DNA of 64,000 nucleotides. It comes from an uncultured Bacteroidales bacterium. GTDB taxonomy: Bacteria > Bacteroidota > Bacteroidia > Bacteroidales > UBA932. The stretch spans positions 44,761 through 108,760 of the forward strand of contig CASGDV010000067.1 of the NCBI GenBank assembly GCA_949300335.1, in the 5' to 3' direction. A program made the translations under genes and the position numbers. Of this stretch, positions 9,848 to 19,855 are shown piece by piece. Position 1 is the stretch's first letter. The number at the start of each line of letters is the position of its first letter. The notes under the pieces are model-generated. The model did not search any database. It was not told where the DNA came from and worked only from the letters and a program-made list of their open reading frames with translations.

Positions 9848-12800
9848 TTATTCGTAAACGACCTTGACTGCCTTTGACGGTTCCGACATGTTGTCGTTTT
9901 CATCTATCGCGACAACCCTGTAGTAGTATGTTCCTTTGAGAGGCTTTCCTTCATAGTCCGCATTGAAATCCGCATATCTTGTCGAATTCCGTCCGGCGAT
10001 GGTCAGATAATTCGTGTTGTCCGGCCTGAATCCGGCACTGGTACTTCTGTATATCCTGTATATTGTCGCCCCTTCAACCTTGTCCCACACGATGCTTCCG
10101 TCTCCGGGATTACGTGCTTTCACCACTGTATCGAAATTTCCATTACCGTCGTATACCGAAACTGTCATGCACCTTCCGCAGTCACTTACCGGATATCTCG
10201 AAGAATTGGTTCCGTCCGATGCCATAATGTAATATTCCAAACCTTCCGAAGTTACATCCTTTCCCGGAATTTCGGCTGCAAATGCCGAACGTGCCTTCCT
10301 CTTGAAGCCGATCTTTTTCCAGGCCCCGCCTGTCCCTGTTTCCCTGTAGTATACAGCGGCATTCATGACATGACCTGCCCTGTTGTCCACAAGGGCTATC
10401 TCAAGAGGCAGCGGATGTCCTTCTGCAGATGATGAAAGCGGAGATACGCATATGATTACCGGTGCTTCGCAGTCTGCATTTCCGGCTTCGCATGATGAAG
10501 GTATGCTCATCGGACTTTCCTTCCCGTCTGAACTGACCGCACTTACCCTGTACTCTGCATGACCGTCCCATATGTCTGTGAACGAATTTTTGTCTGACAA
10601 TACTGTCCCGGCCAGTTTGCCGTTCCTGTATATCCTGAATGAAGCCGCGGACGGCTCGTTGTTTCTCCATGTTATAATGGCGCCGTTCTCCAGACCCCGT
10701 GCATATATGAAAGTCGGAGACTTCACCTCCTGTGTCGCCACGATATCGTTTATTCTCCTGATGTAGTTCAGCTGCACGAAACGGTTCTGTGTACTCATTA
10801 TGTTTCCCTTTGAGGAAATGTCGTCAATCCTGTAGAGGAATGATTTTGCCCAAGGCTCGAGCCTTCCCGGGAAATCCTCCCATGTATAGTTCTTGAAATC
10901 CCTGTTCAGAATGAGATGGTCGAGAGATGCCGACAGTCTCTGTTTCAGATGGCCTAGACGGTATCTCTGCTCGTCGGAATCGTTTTCTCCGATGACGGTT
11001 TCCACTGTCTCAAGCTGTTCCCCGGCCAGACCGATCCATTTGTATGAATCATCGATTACGGAAAAACACAGATACACATCATGTACACCTTCTATTCCGC
11101 TTACATCTATCCCACCGTCAATCCAGGCAGCCCAACCTCCGGTACCGGTTGTTTCTATGCTGCCTACCGGTTCTGATTCCATGCTGTCGATGAATGCAGA
11201 GACCTTTCCTCCGGCAGATGCCGAAGACAGTCTTATGGAAAGCTTCTTCGCATCATTGAAATCCATGCCGGAATACTTAAGCGTACATCCGCGGGTAATG
11301 TAGCCGATGCATTTGCCGTAGTCTTCGCTGTCGCATACTTTCGCACCCTTGACTTCGCTGAAATCCTCCGCTGCCACGGTCACCGGTGAATTGCCGTCTA
11401 TCGACATGCTTCTGATGTTCATTATATAATGGTTGCTCGCGTTGTACTCGAACGGAGGAGTCCCTTTACATTCTCCGAAATTCGAAGAGCAGGCCTCATT
11501 CTCGTCTATGATATCTATCACGGCTTCGGCCGAAGATTTCCCATAGTTCTTTTCCGCGAAATCAAGATATACCTTCCTTGACGAGTCAAGTTCCGTGTCG
11601 CCGTACCACGGTGCCTTGCTGACGTACCACAGTTTCGGTGAAACAGCATCGGTAAGCCTCCATGTAAGGGTATAGAAACCTTTCATGTTGCCTGCCCTGT
11701 TCCTGTAGCTGTCTATCGTTTCTGAAAGGTGGATATTGAAAGGGTAGTAATATTCGGAACTGTTGAAATCCCTTTCAAGCCACGGACATCCCCAGTATTC
11801 ACGCTCACCGTAAATCTCGCCGGTTTCACATGAGGCAGTATAAGGGGCTATGGGAGCGCAGATAACGTCTTCCGGCAGGGTCTTTACCGATTCCGCCGTA
11901 AGCCCCCATCCGGAAACGGCTATCCTGGTGTCGGGTGACAGACGTTTCATCTCGTCATAGAATATGTCGAATATTTCCCTCCACCTTGCATAGAATACCG
12001 GGTCTTTCGGAGATTCCGACTGGAAACACAGTACATAGTCCAGTTCGCCGTACTGCCCGGCTACATTCCTTACCTGTGCCTTGACGACTTCTGGATCGGC
12101 AGCGTCTGCTCCATAGGCCTTGTAATCCTGAGGAATCAGGTCTATGTCCAGTCCGAGACCGATTTTCACACCTCTTGTATGCGCATATCTGATGATTTTC
12201 CTGAACATCGACGAGCCCTTGTCGGCAATCTGCCTGTTGCTTAGAGTCTCGTTGTGCATGCCGTAGTCTGCACCGAAATCATAGTCGTCATATATCTCGG
12301 ATGCGCCGAACTGATAGTCGTTGATATCCCATCCGGGACACTGCCATCCGTGTCCTGACTTTACAGTAGGCATCCAGTTCCTTGACAGAAATCCCCTGTA
12401 TTCGAAATTCTGGAACATTTCGTTGTGTCCGCATGTGCCGTTATAATTGTGGTACATGATGAAGTTCATCCTCATTCTTGCGCACTGGTCGATGATGAAT
12501 TTCCAGTCCTCATATGAGTATACTGTTGCAGACTGGGGAAAATTCGTCCACGGGAGGATTCCCCTTATATACATCTCCGGTTCCTTCCTCTCATTGACTT
12601 CCGGAACGGATGCTGTCCTGCCGTTTTCAGGGTATACGTCACCGCTCATGTAGAACCTCATTCCCATATGGTCCTCCAGAAGACCGTACACTCCATAAAG
12701 AAGTCCGACAGGGGAGTCTCCGGTTATCCTTGTGACCTGTTTCCCGTTCTCTGTTACCGTACTTATACTGTATCCCTGGGCATTGCTGTCATTTCCCGAA

Positions 12801-12997
12801 GTCTCCAGAATGAAACTCGCATCATTGCCTGAATCAGTGACAGCGTGTTTAGTACCTGTGAGCTGGTAGATATACCTCTGAAGTTCGGAAGCTGCATATT
12901 TCTCCATATCTCCGGCATTGGCGCCGATTCTGATCCGTGCCGAGGAAAAACCGGCTCCGATGATTAATGATAAAGTCAGGACAAAAATCTTTTTCAT
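9848..12997 (-). CDS. Secreted multidomain putative glycoside hydrolase (GH20b/GH67N-like N-domain, unclassified catalytic barrel, CBM6-like, FN3-like repeats)
   Basis: Signal peptide; YAASELQRYI...GLLYGVYGLLE N-domain; CBM6-like segment (GTGGWAAW, GVHDVYLCF); FN3-like FRIYRNG and YYYRVVAID. Confidence 0.65.
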   Translation of the reverse strand: MKKIFVLTLSLIIGAGFSSARIRIGANAGDMEKYAASELQRYIYQLTGTKHAVTDSGNDASFILETSGNDSNAQGYSISTVTENGKQVTRITGDSPVGLLYGVYGLLEDHMGMRFYMSGDVYPENGRTASVPEVNERKEPEMYIRGILPWTNFPQSATVYSYEDWKFIIDQCARMRMNFIMYHNYNGTCGHNEMFQNFEYRGFLSRNWMPTVKSGHGWQCPGWDINDYQFGASEIYDDYDFGADYGMHNETLSNRQIADKGSSMFRKIIRYAHTRGVKIGLGLDIDLIPQDYKAYGADAADPEVVKAQVRNVAGQYGELDYVLCFQSESPKDPVFYARWREIFDIFYDEMKRLSPDTRIAVSGWGLTAESVKTLPEDVICAPIAPYTASCETGEIYGEREYWGCPWLERDFNSSEYYYPFNIHLSETIDSYRNRAGNMKGFYTLTWRLTDAVSPKLWYVSKAPWYGDTELDSSRKVYLDFAEKNYGKSSAEAVIDIIDENEACSSNFGECKGTPPFEYNASNHYIMNIRSMSIDGNSPVTVAAEDFSEVKGAKVCDSEDYGKCIGYITRGCTLKYSGMDFNDAKKLSIRLSSASAGGKVSAFIDSMESEPVGSIETTGTGGWAAWIDGGIDVSGIEGVHDVYLCFSVIDDSYKWIGLAGEQLETVETVIGENDSDEQRYRLGHLKQRLSASLDHLILNRDFKNYTWEDFPGRLEPWAKSFLYRIDDISSKGNIMSTQNRFVQLNYIRRINDIVATQEVKSPTFIYARGLENGAIITWRNNEPSAASFRIYRNGKLAGTVLSDKNSFTDIWDGHAEYRVSAVSSDGKESPMSIPSSCEAGNADCEAPVIICVSPLSSSAEGHPLPLEIALVDNRAGHVMNAAVYYRETGTGGAWKKIGFKRKARSAFAAEIPGKDVTSEGLEYYIMASDGTNSSRYPVSDCGRCMTVSVYDGNGNFDTVVKARNPGDGSIVWDKVEGATIYRIYRSTSAGFRPDNTNYLTIAGRNSTRYADFNADYEGKPLKGTYYYRVVAIDENDNMSEPSKAVKVVYE

Positions 12998-13032
12998 GTT
13001 CAAGTGTAATTTCTATATGGTTGATATACAAT

Positions 13033-13064
13033 CAAAAATAACCATTATGCGAAACAATAGCAAA
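13033..13064 (-). promoter_or_regulatory. Bacteroidetes sigma-A promoter for the 12997 gene and downstream cobW/activation/GH30 genes
   Basis: Minus strand TTTG (13061-13064), N20, TATTTTTG (13033-13040). Confidence 0.55.
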
Positions 13065-13179
13065 TTTTCCGTGGCATGCAAATCGTTCATTATACGCTAA
13101 GTCCCGTGAAATAATTAATGGCCAACTCCTTATATGTGTCCATAAAAAGGAGCCGGCCACTAAGTGTTCCCGGAACCGT

Positions 13180-13593
13180 CTATGCTATGGCTTCAGCAAT
13201 AAGCCTGTCGACTGTTTTCTTCTCTTCCGGTGTGAGCATCCTGTGTTCTCCGTCGTTGTTATGGGTATTGGATTTTTCCACGATTATTATCTTCGCTTTT
13301 TCATCCATGGAAATGTTGTGCCATACACCTGCCGGAATGTTGTATGTGACTCCGTTTTCCATGAGTAAGGCCTTGATTTCAGCCGTTTCTCCGGAATAGT
13401 CTGCCGTAAGGAGTATTCCCTTGCCTTCCAGACATATGAATACTTCATCTGTCTCTTTGTGTACCTCCATATCGATTAAATCGTCGAGTCTGTGTTCATC
13501 GACACATGTCAGATATGCTACCTGCCATCCGTCGGAAATAAGGAAAGGATCATAACCTTCCTTTGTCCAGTTGTATTTCTCTATATCTTTCAT
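13180..13593 (-). CDS. Cupin-fold protein
   Basis: H-x3-DE (HKETDEVF) and YNIPAGVWH cupin motifs; 4-nt overlap with upstream methyltransferase. Confidence 0.7.
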   Translation of the reverse strand: MKDIEKYNWTKEGYDPFLISDGWQVAYLTCVDEHRLDDLIDMEVHKETDEVFICLEGKGILLTADYSGETAEIKALLMENGVTYNIPAGVWHNISMDEKAKIIIVEKSNTHNNDGEHRMLTPEEKKTVDRLIAEAIA

Positions 13594-14600
13594 TTTTTTC
13601 TGTCATTAAAGTCTGCCAAAGCTTTGTAGAATGAATCGATGTTGGCAAAAGGAAGTTCCGGAGGAGTGTCGCATCCTGTCGAGAGGACAAAATTTGCATA
13701 GCCTTCCGTCTGTTCGAGCAGTCCGTATGTCTTTGCGTATACCTCTTCCGCCGACGCCGTCTTCATTACGGATACCGGGTCGATGTTACCCATGACAAGC
13801 GTGTCCGAAGGGCATTTGTCAAGAGCATCCTTCATGTTTATCGCATTTCCGAAATGGTATCCGAATGCTCCGGTTTCCACCATTGCTTCCGTACACTGTC
13901 CCGTGTTACCGCAATTGTGGAGGAAAATGCCGAAGTTTTCGTCCTGTACTTTTTCCACTATCTTCTTTACGAAAGCTGATGAAAATTCCGAGCATGCTTC
14001 ATTCGAAAGAAGACCGGCAGCAGGCTCGGCCATCAAGACTCCGTTTGCTCCGGCTTCTTTCAGCGCCATGCAATAGGATGTGATGAATTCCGTACATTTT
14101 TCAAGCAGAATCTTCATTGAATCCGGCTCGATATATATGCCCATCATTATTTCGGACATGTCGTACAGCCTTCCTGCGAGGGAATATGGCCCGATACAGC
14201 CGGCAAGCACCGGCCTGTCAGCTTTAGACGCAATTGTCCTGCAGGCCTTGAGATATTCCGGCATCCTGCCTTTGTCCAGACCCGGAACAGCAAGCTTTTC
14301 TATCGTTTCCCTGTCACATACAAGCCTTCCCGTAACGCTGGGCACTTCGTGATCGGAAAAACTGATTTCCGCACCGAATGCTTCAGCCTCTACCGTAAGG
14401 TCCATTATTACGCTCGTGGCTGCTGACGGATACCTGCTTGCCAGGGTCTCTACGGCCATTGCATGCACGCTGCCGTCAGTGACGGCATCCCTGACAGTCT
14501 TTCCGAGAATTTCTATCCCGGAATGTGTCATGATAGGTATCGCAATCCTTTTGTCCGAAGCAATCACGCTGCCTATCCATTCTTTTATGTTTAGTCTCAT
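13590..14600 (-). CDS. MtaA/CmuA (UroD-fold) methylcobamide methyltransferase
   Basis: MDLTVEAEAFG, GPYSLA, Zn motif LHNCG...STGCD, GNIDP. Confidence 0.85.
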   Translation of the reverse strand: MRLNIKEWIGSVIASDKRIAIPIMTHSGIEILGKTVRDAVTDGSVHAMAVETLASRYPSAATSVIMDLTVEAEAFGAEISFSDHEVPSVTGRLVCDRETIEKLAVPGLDKGRMPEYLKACRTIASKADRPVLAGCIGPYSLAGRLYDMSEIMMGIYIEPDSMKILLEKCTEFITSYCMALKEAGANGVLMAEPAAGLLSNEACSEFSSAFVKKIVEKVQDENFGIFLHNCGNTGQCTEAMVETGAFGYHFGNAINMKDALDKCPSDTLVMGNIDPVSVMKTASAEEVYAKTYGLLEQTEGYANFVLSTGCDTPPELPFANIDSFYKALADFNDRKK

Positions 14601-14633
14601 ACTGGCAAAAATTTAATGTTCAAATCAATGTTG

Positions 14634-15272
14634 TCAGTTCGCTGCAACAAGCTGCTTTGCAACGATGACTGCCGAATTTGCATTGTCTGTATATGCGTCA
14701 GCTCCGATTTCCATTGCGAATTTCTCGTTTACCGGAGCACCGCCTACCATGACTTTCACCTTGTCGCGGAGGCCTGCAGCTTTCAGCGCATCAATCACGG
14801 TTCTCATGTAATTCATGGTTGTCGTCAGCAATGCAGACAGACATATTATGTCTACTTTCTCTTTTTCTACTGTCTCGACAAACTTGTCCGCACTGACATT
14901 GACGCCAAGATTTATCACCTCGAAGCCGCATCCTTCGAACATCGATGCAACGAGATTCTTTCCGATATCATGAAGGTCGCCGGAAACTGTTCCGATTGCA
15001 ATCTTTCCTATTGTGGCTGGCTTGTCTCCCGCAAGAAGAGGCTTTATGATTTCAAGAGCACCCTTCATTGCCCTGGCAGCCATCAGGAGTTCCGGCACAT
15101 ATGCCTTTCCTTCCTGGAAACGCGCTCCGATTTCCTCCATGGCCTTGATCATGCTGTTCGATATTATGTCCTGCGGATTGATACCTTCCGCAACAGCCGC
15201 CCTGGTAGCTTCTATTGCAGGCTCCATTTTTCCGCCGACTATGGAATCATGTATGATTTCAAGATTATTCAT
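14634..15272 (-). CDS. Corrinoid (B12-binding) protein, MtaC/MttC-like
   Basis: Cap domain YVPELLMAARAM; DxHxxG motif GDLHDIGKNLV; SALLTTTM; VMVGGAP. Confidence 0.93.
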   Translation of the reverse strand: MNNLEIIHDSIVGGKMEPAIEATRAAVAEGINPQDIISNSMIKAMEEIGARFQEGKAYVPELLMAARAMKGALEIIKPLLAGDKPATIGKIAIGTVSGDLHDIGKNLVASMFEGCGFEVINLGVNVSADKFVETVEKEKVDIICLSALLTTTMNYMRTVIDALKAAGLRDKVKVMVGGAPVNEKFAMEIGADAYTDNANSAVIVAKQLVAAN

Positions 15273-16348
15273 GACATTGTTGGTTTTTTGTTCAACTTCA
15301 TTATTTCCTCGTAGGAACCGTACTTCCTTGCAGCAGCTATGAACGCCTTGAAGTTCTCTTCAGGAGTATTTCTTCCCATGGCACATCCTGAGCTGATGAT
15401 ATGGCTGCGTCCCTTCGTCTTCTGGATTAGCTGTTTTACAGCTTCGTCGATCTCGGCCGGAGTTCCGGTTACGAGCGGATAGCTCGGGTCGATATTTCCC
15501 ATGAGCACAGTCGATTCAGGAACGAGCGCCCTTGCCTCTTCCATGTCGAGCTTCCAGTCTACTTCAAGAATCTTGGCTCCGGTTGTTCCCATGTCCTTGA
15601 TTATGCCGTTGGTGTTTCCGCAGATGTGTATTGAGAAAGGTATTCCGTATGCCTGCACCTCTTCTGTAAGGCGTTTTTCCGGCTCGAGGGCAAATTCACG
15701 GTACATTTCAGGTGAAATCAGATTCGGACCTGCGAATGCGTCTCCGATTGATGTCGCATGGGCACCGGCATCTTTCTGTGCCTTTGCAAATACGGCGCTG
15801 ATTTTGCGGCAGTACTCGAGAACATCATCTATGAGCTTCTTGTCTTCGGTAAGAAGGTCCATCATGAACTGTGTCGTGCCGCGGAGGAGACAGGCGATGC
15901 TGAAAGGTCCCTGATCTGCCCTTCCCATGATGAATACATGGTCTCCGATTTTCTCTTTCAGATAGCGTGTGGCCTCAAGCCATTCATTGAGTCTGCCTGA
16001 TGTGGCAGGATCCGGAATCGGCATGTCGTAAACGTCGCGGAGATCTTTGAGTACGGGCTGGTTTTCATCCACGATGGCAGGTTCGTCGTCCCTGTAGATT
16101 ACCTTAGCCCCGACTGCTTCTGCAATCGTCGCGTCATCGAAGTCGATAACGCATCCGTCGTATCCGTATTTTTCCTGTGAGATTATGTGGCACTCCGCCA
16201 TCGTTTTACCGCATCTGTTGACCTCGCCGATCTTTCTGCCTGCAGTTTCCACTGCAAACATGAAACTCTGTGGAATAACCGGCAGGGTATCTGGAGTCTG
16301 GCCGTTCAGTACTGCCATGCAACGCTCCAATGAAGTCATTTCTTTCAT
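15269..16348 (-). CDS. Second MtaA/UroD-fold corrinoid methyltransferase
   Basis: MTSLER start, QGPFSIA, ISPEMYREF, Zn motif IHICG...SSGCA, GNIDP. Confidence 0.85.
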   Translation of the reverse strand: MKEMTSLERCMAVLNGQTPDTLPVIPQSFMFAVETAGRKIGEVNRCGKTMAECHIISQEKYGYDGCVIDFDDATIAEAVGAKVIYRDDEPAIVDENQPVLKDLRDVYDMPIPDPATSGRLNEWLEATRYLKEKIGDHVFIMGRADQGPFSIACLLRGTTQFMMDLLTEDKKLIDDVLEYCRKISAVFAKAQKDAGAHATSIGDAFAGPNLISPEMYREFALEPEKRLTEEVQAYGIPFSIHICGNTNGIIKDMGTTGAKILEVDWKLDMEEARALVPESTVLMGNIDPSYPLVTGTPAEIDEAVKQLIQKTKGRSHIISSGCAMGRNTPEENFKAFIAAARKYGSYEEIMKLNKKPTMS

Positions 16349-16360
16349 ATATGTATTTTT

Positions 16361-17506
16361 TTAATGTTGTTTTTTCAATTTGAACGATACCGCAAGTATA
16401 TATACCAGGGCTGCAAGAGGTATGACGAGACTTGCCGCCTGATTCCATGAATCGGCTATGATTCCCATAATCGGAGGTATCAGGGCACCGCCTGCCACTC
16501 CCGTAATCATGAGTGCGGAGATTTCATTAGCCTGTGAAGGCTTGTAGTTCATGGCTTCCCCGAAGATTGCGGCGAATACATTCGCACAAGTCAGTCCGAT
16601 GAGGAACAATGCCGTGAATATCATCCAGCTTTCATTGAAAAGCATGAAGCCGATGAAACTGAGCACCGCAACCGAAAGTGTGATTATCTGGAATTTCCTG
16701 ACCGGAATCCTTGAAAGCAGGAATGAACCCGCGAATGTTCCGGTAGTCCTTGCAATATAATACAGGCTGCATGCGAATCCTCCCTGCTCTAATGTCATGG
16801 AGAACCTTTCGGTGAGATATTTAGGCACTGCCGTCATGAGTCCGATCTCAAAACCGACGATAAGTATTATCACGGAGAACAGCATCATGATATAGCCGTC
16901 CTTGAACAATGAGCCTATAGAGTTCTGCTGCTGCACCTGAGGCTCCTCCTCTATCTTTGTGAATGACAGCCATATCCATGATATGACCGTGATTATGCAG
17001 TATGCCGGGAATATGTATTGCCAGTTTCCGAAGACTCCTGCGGCAAGTCCGATGAGAATAGGTGCGAGGGTTGACGAAATTGCCTTGATGAACTGGCCGA
17101 GTGCAAGCATTCCTGTAACCTTTTCTGCCGGCACAATGTCCGTCAGCAGCGGGTTCAGGGAAACCTGAAGTATGGTGTTTCCTATACCGAGAAGCGCAAA
17201 TGCCGCCAGAGCTACGGGAAACGAATAGCTTATGTAAGGCATTATCATTGCCACCGCTGTCACTACTGCACTGAAAAGAACGGTCTTCTTTCTTCCGAAT
17301 TTTCCCATAAGACGTCCGGTCGGAAGCGAGAATATCGCAAACCACAGGAAGACCATCATCGGTATCAGGTTGGCCAGTTTGTCATTGAGACCGAAATCGT
17401 TTTTGACATAGCTCACCGATATGCCCACCATGTCAACGAATCCCATTACAAAGAAACTGAAAAGTACCGGAATCAGTGCATTCAGTTGTATTTTACCGGT
17501 TTTCAT
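16361..17506 (-). CDS. MFS sugar transporter (FucP/GluP-like)
   Basis: ~12 hydrophobic segments; FFVMGFVD, LQVSLNP, GVAGGALIP. Confidence 0.85.
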   Translation of the reverse strand: MKTGKIQLNALIPVLFSFFVMGFVDMVGISVSYVKNDFGLNDKLANLIPMMVFLWFAIFSLPTGRLMGKFGRKKTVLFSAVVTAVAMIMPYISYSFPVALAAFALLGIGNTILQVSLNPLLTDIVPAEKVTGMLALGQFIKAISSTLAPILIGLAAGVFGNWQYIFPAYCIITVISWIWLSFTKIEEEPQVQQQNSIGSLFKDGYIMMLFSVIILIVGFEIGLMTAVPKYLTERFSMTLEQGGFACSLYYIARTTGTFAGSFLLSRIPVRKFQIITLSVAVLSFIGFMLFNESWMIFTALFLIGLTCANVFAAIFGEAMNYKPSQANEISALMITGVAGGALIPPIMGIIADSWNQAASLVIPLAALVYILAVSFKLKKQH

Positions 17507-17536
17507 TTTACTGTCACTATTGTTCTGTTAATGTGT

Positions 17537-19855
17537 TTATTCTGTCTTGAAATCATGCAGTGAGGCAATATCGTCCCTTTCGCACATCTCGAATTCAAGC
17601 GTGCCGCCGGCCATGATATCTTCATAAGATATCGATATACCTTCATATTCCTTGCCGTCAAGTCTGACGCTCTTCACGAATCTTGCCTTGTCGGAGTATC
17701 CGTTTGCCTTTATCTCGAAGACTTTGCCGTTCTCCAGATTGAGCCTGCATGAAGGTACCTGTGGAGCACCAAGGATGAATTCCCCTCCGCACGGGTCGAC
17801 AGGATAGAATCCGAGCACGGTAAAGAGGTACCATGCGGACATCTGGCCACAGTCATCGTTGCCTTTCAGACCGTCCGGAGCATTCTTGCTGAAATTGTCC
17901 GTCAGATAGCTGAGGATTGCATCCGTCTTGTAACCGTCATCGGTATACTTGTACAGGTAGGGGACATGATGGCATGGCTCGTTCCCGTGCCAGTATTGGC
18001 CGAGAGTACCGTATATGTTCCAGACAAGTTCCTTCACATATGGTTTCGGAGCCTTTGAATAGAACATGGAATCAAGGTTTCTGCTGAATGTATCCTTCCC
18101 TCCCATGAGCTCAATGAGTCCGGGCACGTCATGCTGCACATGAAAGCGGTAGTGCCATGCATTGCCTTCAGTGAAATCCGACTGCGGAACCCATTCTCCT
18201 ACGACCTGGTTTACATCGATTCCTGTCTTGAATTCTCCTGCCGCATTCCTGCCCCTCATGAAGCCGCTTTCGCTGTCATAGACATTATGATAATCGGCAG
18301 CCCTTTTCCTGAAATATGCGGCATCCTCGTTATGGCCGAGTCTTTCTGCAAGAATGGATGCGCAATGGAAATCGTAGGCTCCTTCGAGCAGACGTGCCAC
18401 CATTTCCCTGCTGTCATCTACAGGAGTCATGGTCACATCGTAAGGAATGTAACCGTATTTGTCAATGAGTTCGATGTGGTTTCTGTAATGTGTCTTTCTC
18501 AATGTCGTGGAGATTGCTTCATAAACCTCCTCCATATTCATGTCCGGACACAATCCTTTGAGATATGCATCAACGAGTACGGGAACGGCATGGTTTCCTA
18601 TCATCGTATTCGTCTCCTTGCCCCACAAAGCCCATCTCGGGAGATATCTGTTCGCATTTGCCGGATTGTCACTTGTCACCGGTCTAGTTCTGTAATGATC
18701 CATTATCGATTCGCACATCTGCGGAACGAGAGACGGAGTGAGAATCGTATACATAGGATGCGCTGCACGGTATGTGTCCCAAAGCGACAGCGTGCTCATG
18801 AACTTTCCGCTTTCCGCTTCAGCTACAGCACCTTCGGCTGTCATGTATTTCCCGTCTACATCTGCAATGTTGTTCGGCTGGATGTAAAGATGGTATATTG
18901 CGGTATATATCATCGTCAGTCTGTCGGCATCTCCTGTCGCCTCAACTCTGCCGAGGATATCGTTCCATTTTTTTCTGGCCTTTTCTCTGATTGCATCAAA
19001 ACTGTCATTCTCCCCGATTTCAGCATCGAGATTGGCTGCAGCTGCTTCCACCGATGTCGTGGACAGGCCGACATGCACATCAAGTTTTTCCGGATTGTCC
19101 TTGAAACGTACGATGTATCTCGGAGCTTTTTCATCCGCATTTTCCGGAGGGACAAGCTTTTCGATTCCGCTTATTTCCGAACTGAACCTTATTGTATAGT
19201 AAAGGTCCCTTTCGGCCCATTCCCTGGCCTTCCTGTATCCTGATATGCTGTTCTTTCCTTTTTCATCCCATGCTTCCAGAACATTTCCCTTGATTCTTTC
19301 CATGTCCCATGCCACGCCGTACTGCAGGTCTATGAGGACCGCCGCGCTTTCCGGTTTGTCGAACGTATACCGGTGCCATGCCGCATGCTCGGTAGCGGTC
19401 AGTTCTACCAGGGTATTGTTGTCCGTCATTCTGACAGTATAATATCCCGGTGTTGCGTATTCGCTTTCCTTGTCATATCCGGATTCGAAGTTCTTTCTCG
19501 CCGACGGGTCTATATCCCTGCCGCAGTAAGGCATGATCAGTATGTCGGACAGGGTTGGGCAGCCCGCACCGTTGACATGCGTCTGGGCAAATCCGGACAG
19601 TCTCGGGTCATTGTACTGATAGCCGGCAACATGATCCATGCAATAGCCGCTGTGGAAATCGGTGGTGGATTCAGGACTTACCTGAACCATTCCCATTGGA
19701 ACAGCAGCTCCCGGAAAACAATGTCCCTCATGCAAGGTACCGACAAAAGGATTGACATACTTTGTATAGTCCGTCTCCTGTCCGCTACATCCGGACAGGA
19801 GCAGACCGGCCAAAGCAGATATCGTGATAAATCTTTTCATCTGATTATTCCGCAA
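17537..19855 (-). CDS. GH92 alpha-mannosidase, lipoprotein
   Basis: YVNPFVGT, FPGA, SLWDTYRA, TEGNAWHY, HGNEP, GNDDCGQMSAW. Confidence 0.93.
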   Translation of the reverse strand: MRNNQMKRFITISALAGLLLSGCSGQETDYTKYVNPFVGTLHEGHCFPGAAVPMGMVQVSPESTTDFHSGYCMDHVAGYQYNDPRLSGFAQTHVNGAGCPTLSDILIMPYCGRDIDPSARKNFESGYDKESEYATPGYYTVRMTDNNTLVELTATEHAAWHRYTFDKPESAAVLIDLQYGVAWDMERIKGNVLEAWDEKGKNSISGYRKAREWAERDLYYTIRFSSEISGIEKLVPPENADEKAPRYIVRFKDNPEKLDVHVGLSTTSVEAAAANLDAEIGENDSFDAIREKARKKWNDILGRVEATGDADRLTMIYTAIYHLYIQPNNIADVDGKYMTAEGAVAEAESGKFMSTLSLWDTYRAAHPMYTILTPSLVPQMCESIMDHYRTRPVTSDNPANANRYLPRWALWGKETNTMIGNHAVPVLVDAYLKGLCPDMNMEEVYEAISTTLRKTHYRNHIELIDKYGYIPYDVTMTPVDDSREMVARLLEGAYDFHCASILAERLGHNEDAAYFRKRAADYHNVYDSESGFMRGRNAAGEFKTGIDVNQVVGEWVPQSDFTEGNAWHYRFHVQHDVPGLIELMGGKDTFSRNLDSMFYSKAPKPYVKELVWNIYGTLGQYWHGNEPCHHVPYLYKYTDDGYKTDAILSYLTDNFSKNAPDGLKGNDDCGQMSAWYLFTVLGFYPVDPCGGEFILGAPQVPSCRLNLENGKVFEIKANGYSDKARFVKSVRLDGKEYEGISISYEDIMAGGTLEFEMCERDDIASLHDFKTE

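Noticed and set aside
13590-16348. Uroporphyrinogen decarboxylase (hemE) / tetrapyrrole synthesis or methanogenesis genes
   Set aside because: HxC..C Zn motifs and the flanking corrinoid protein indicate methyltransferases; no hem/cob/mcr context, and the host is Bacteroidales
18131-19243. 370-aa plus-strand ORF and other long antisense ORFs (e.g. 731-1477, 21504-22337, 53174-54079, 57648-58391)
   Set aside because: They lie entirely opposite well-supported genes and have no recognisable motifs; shadow ORFs
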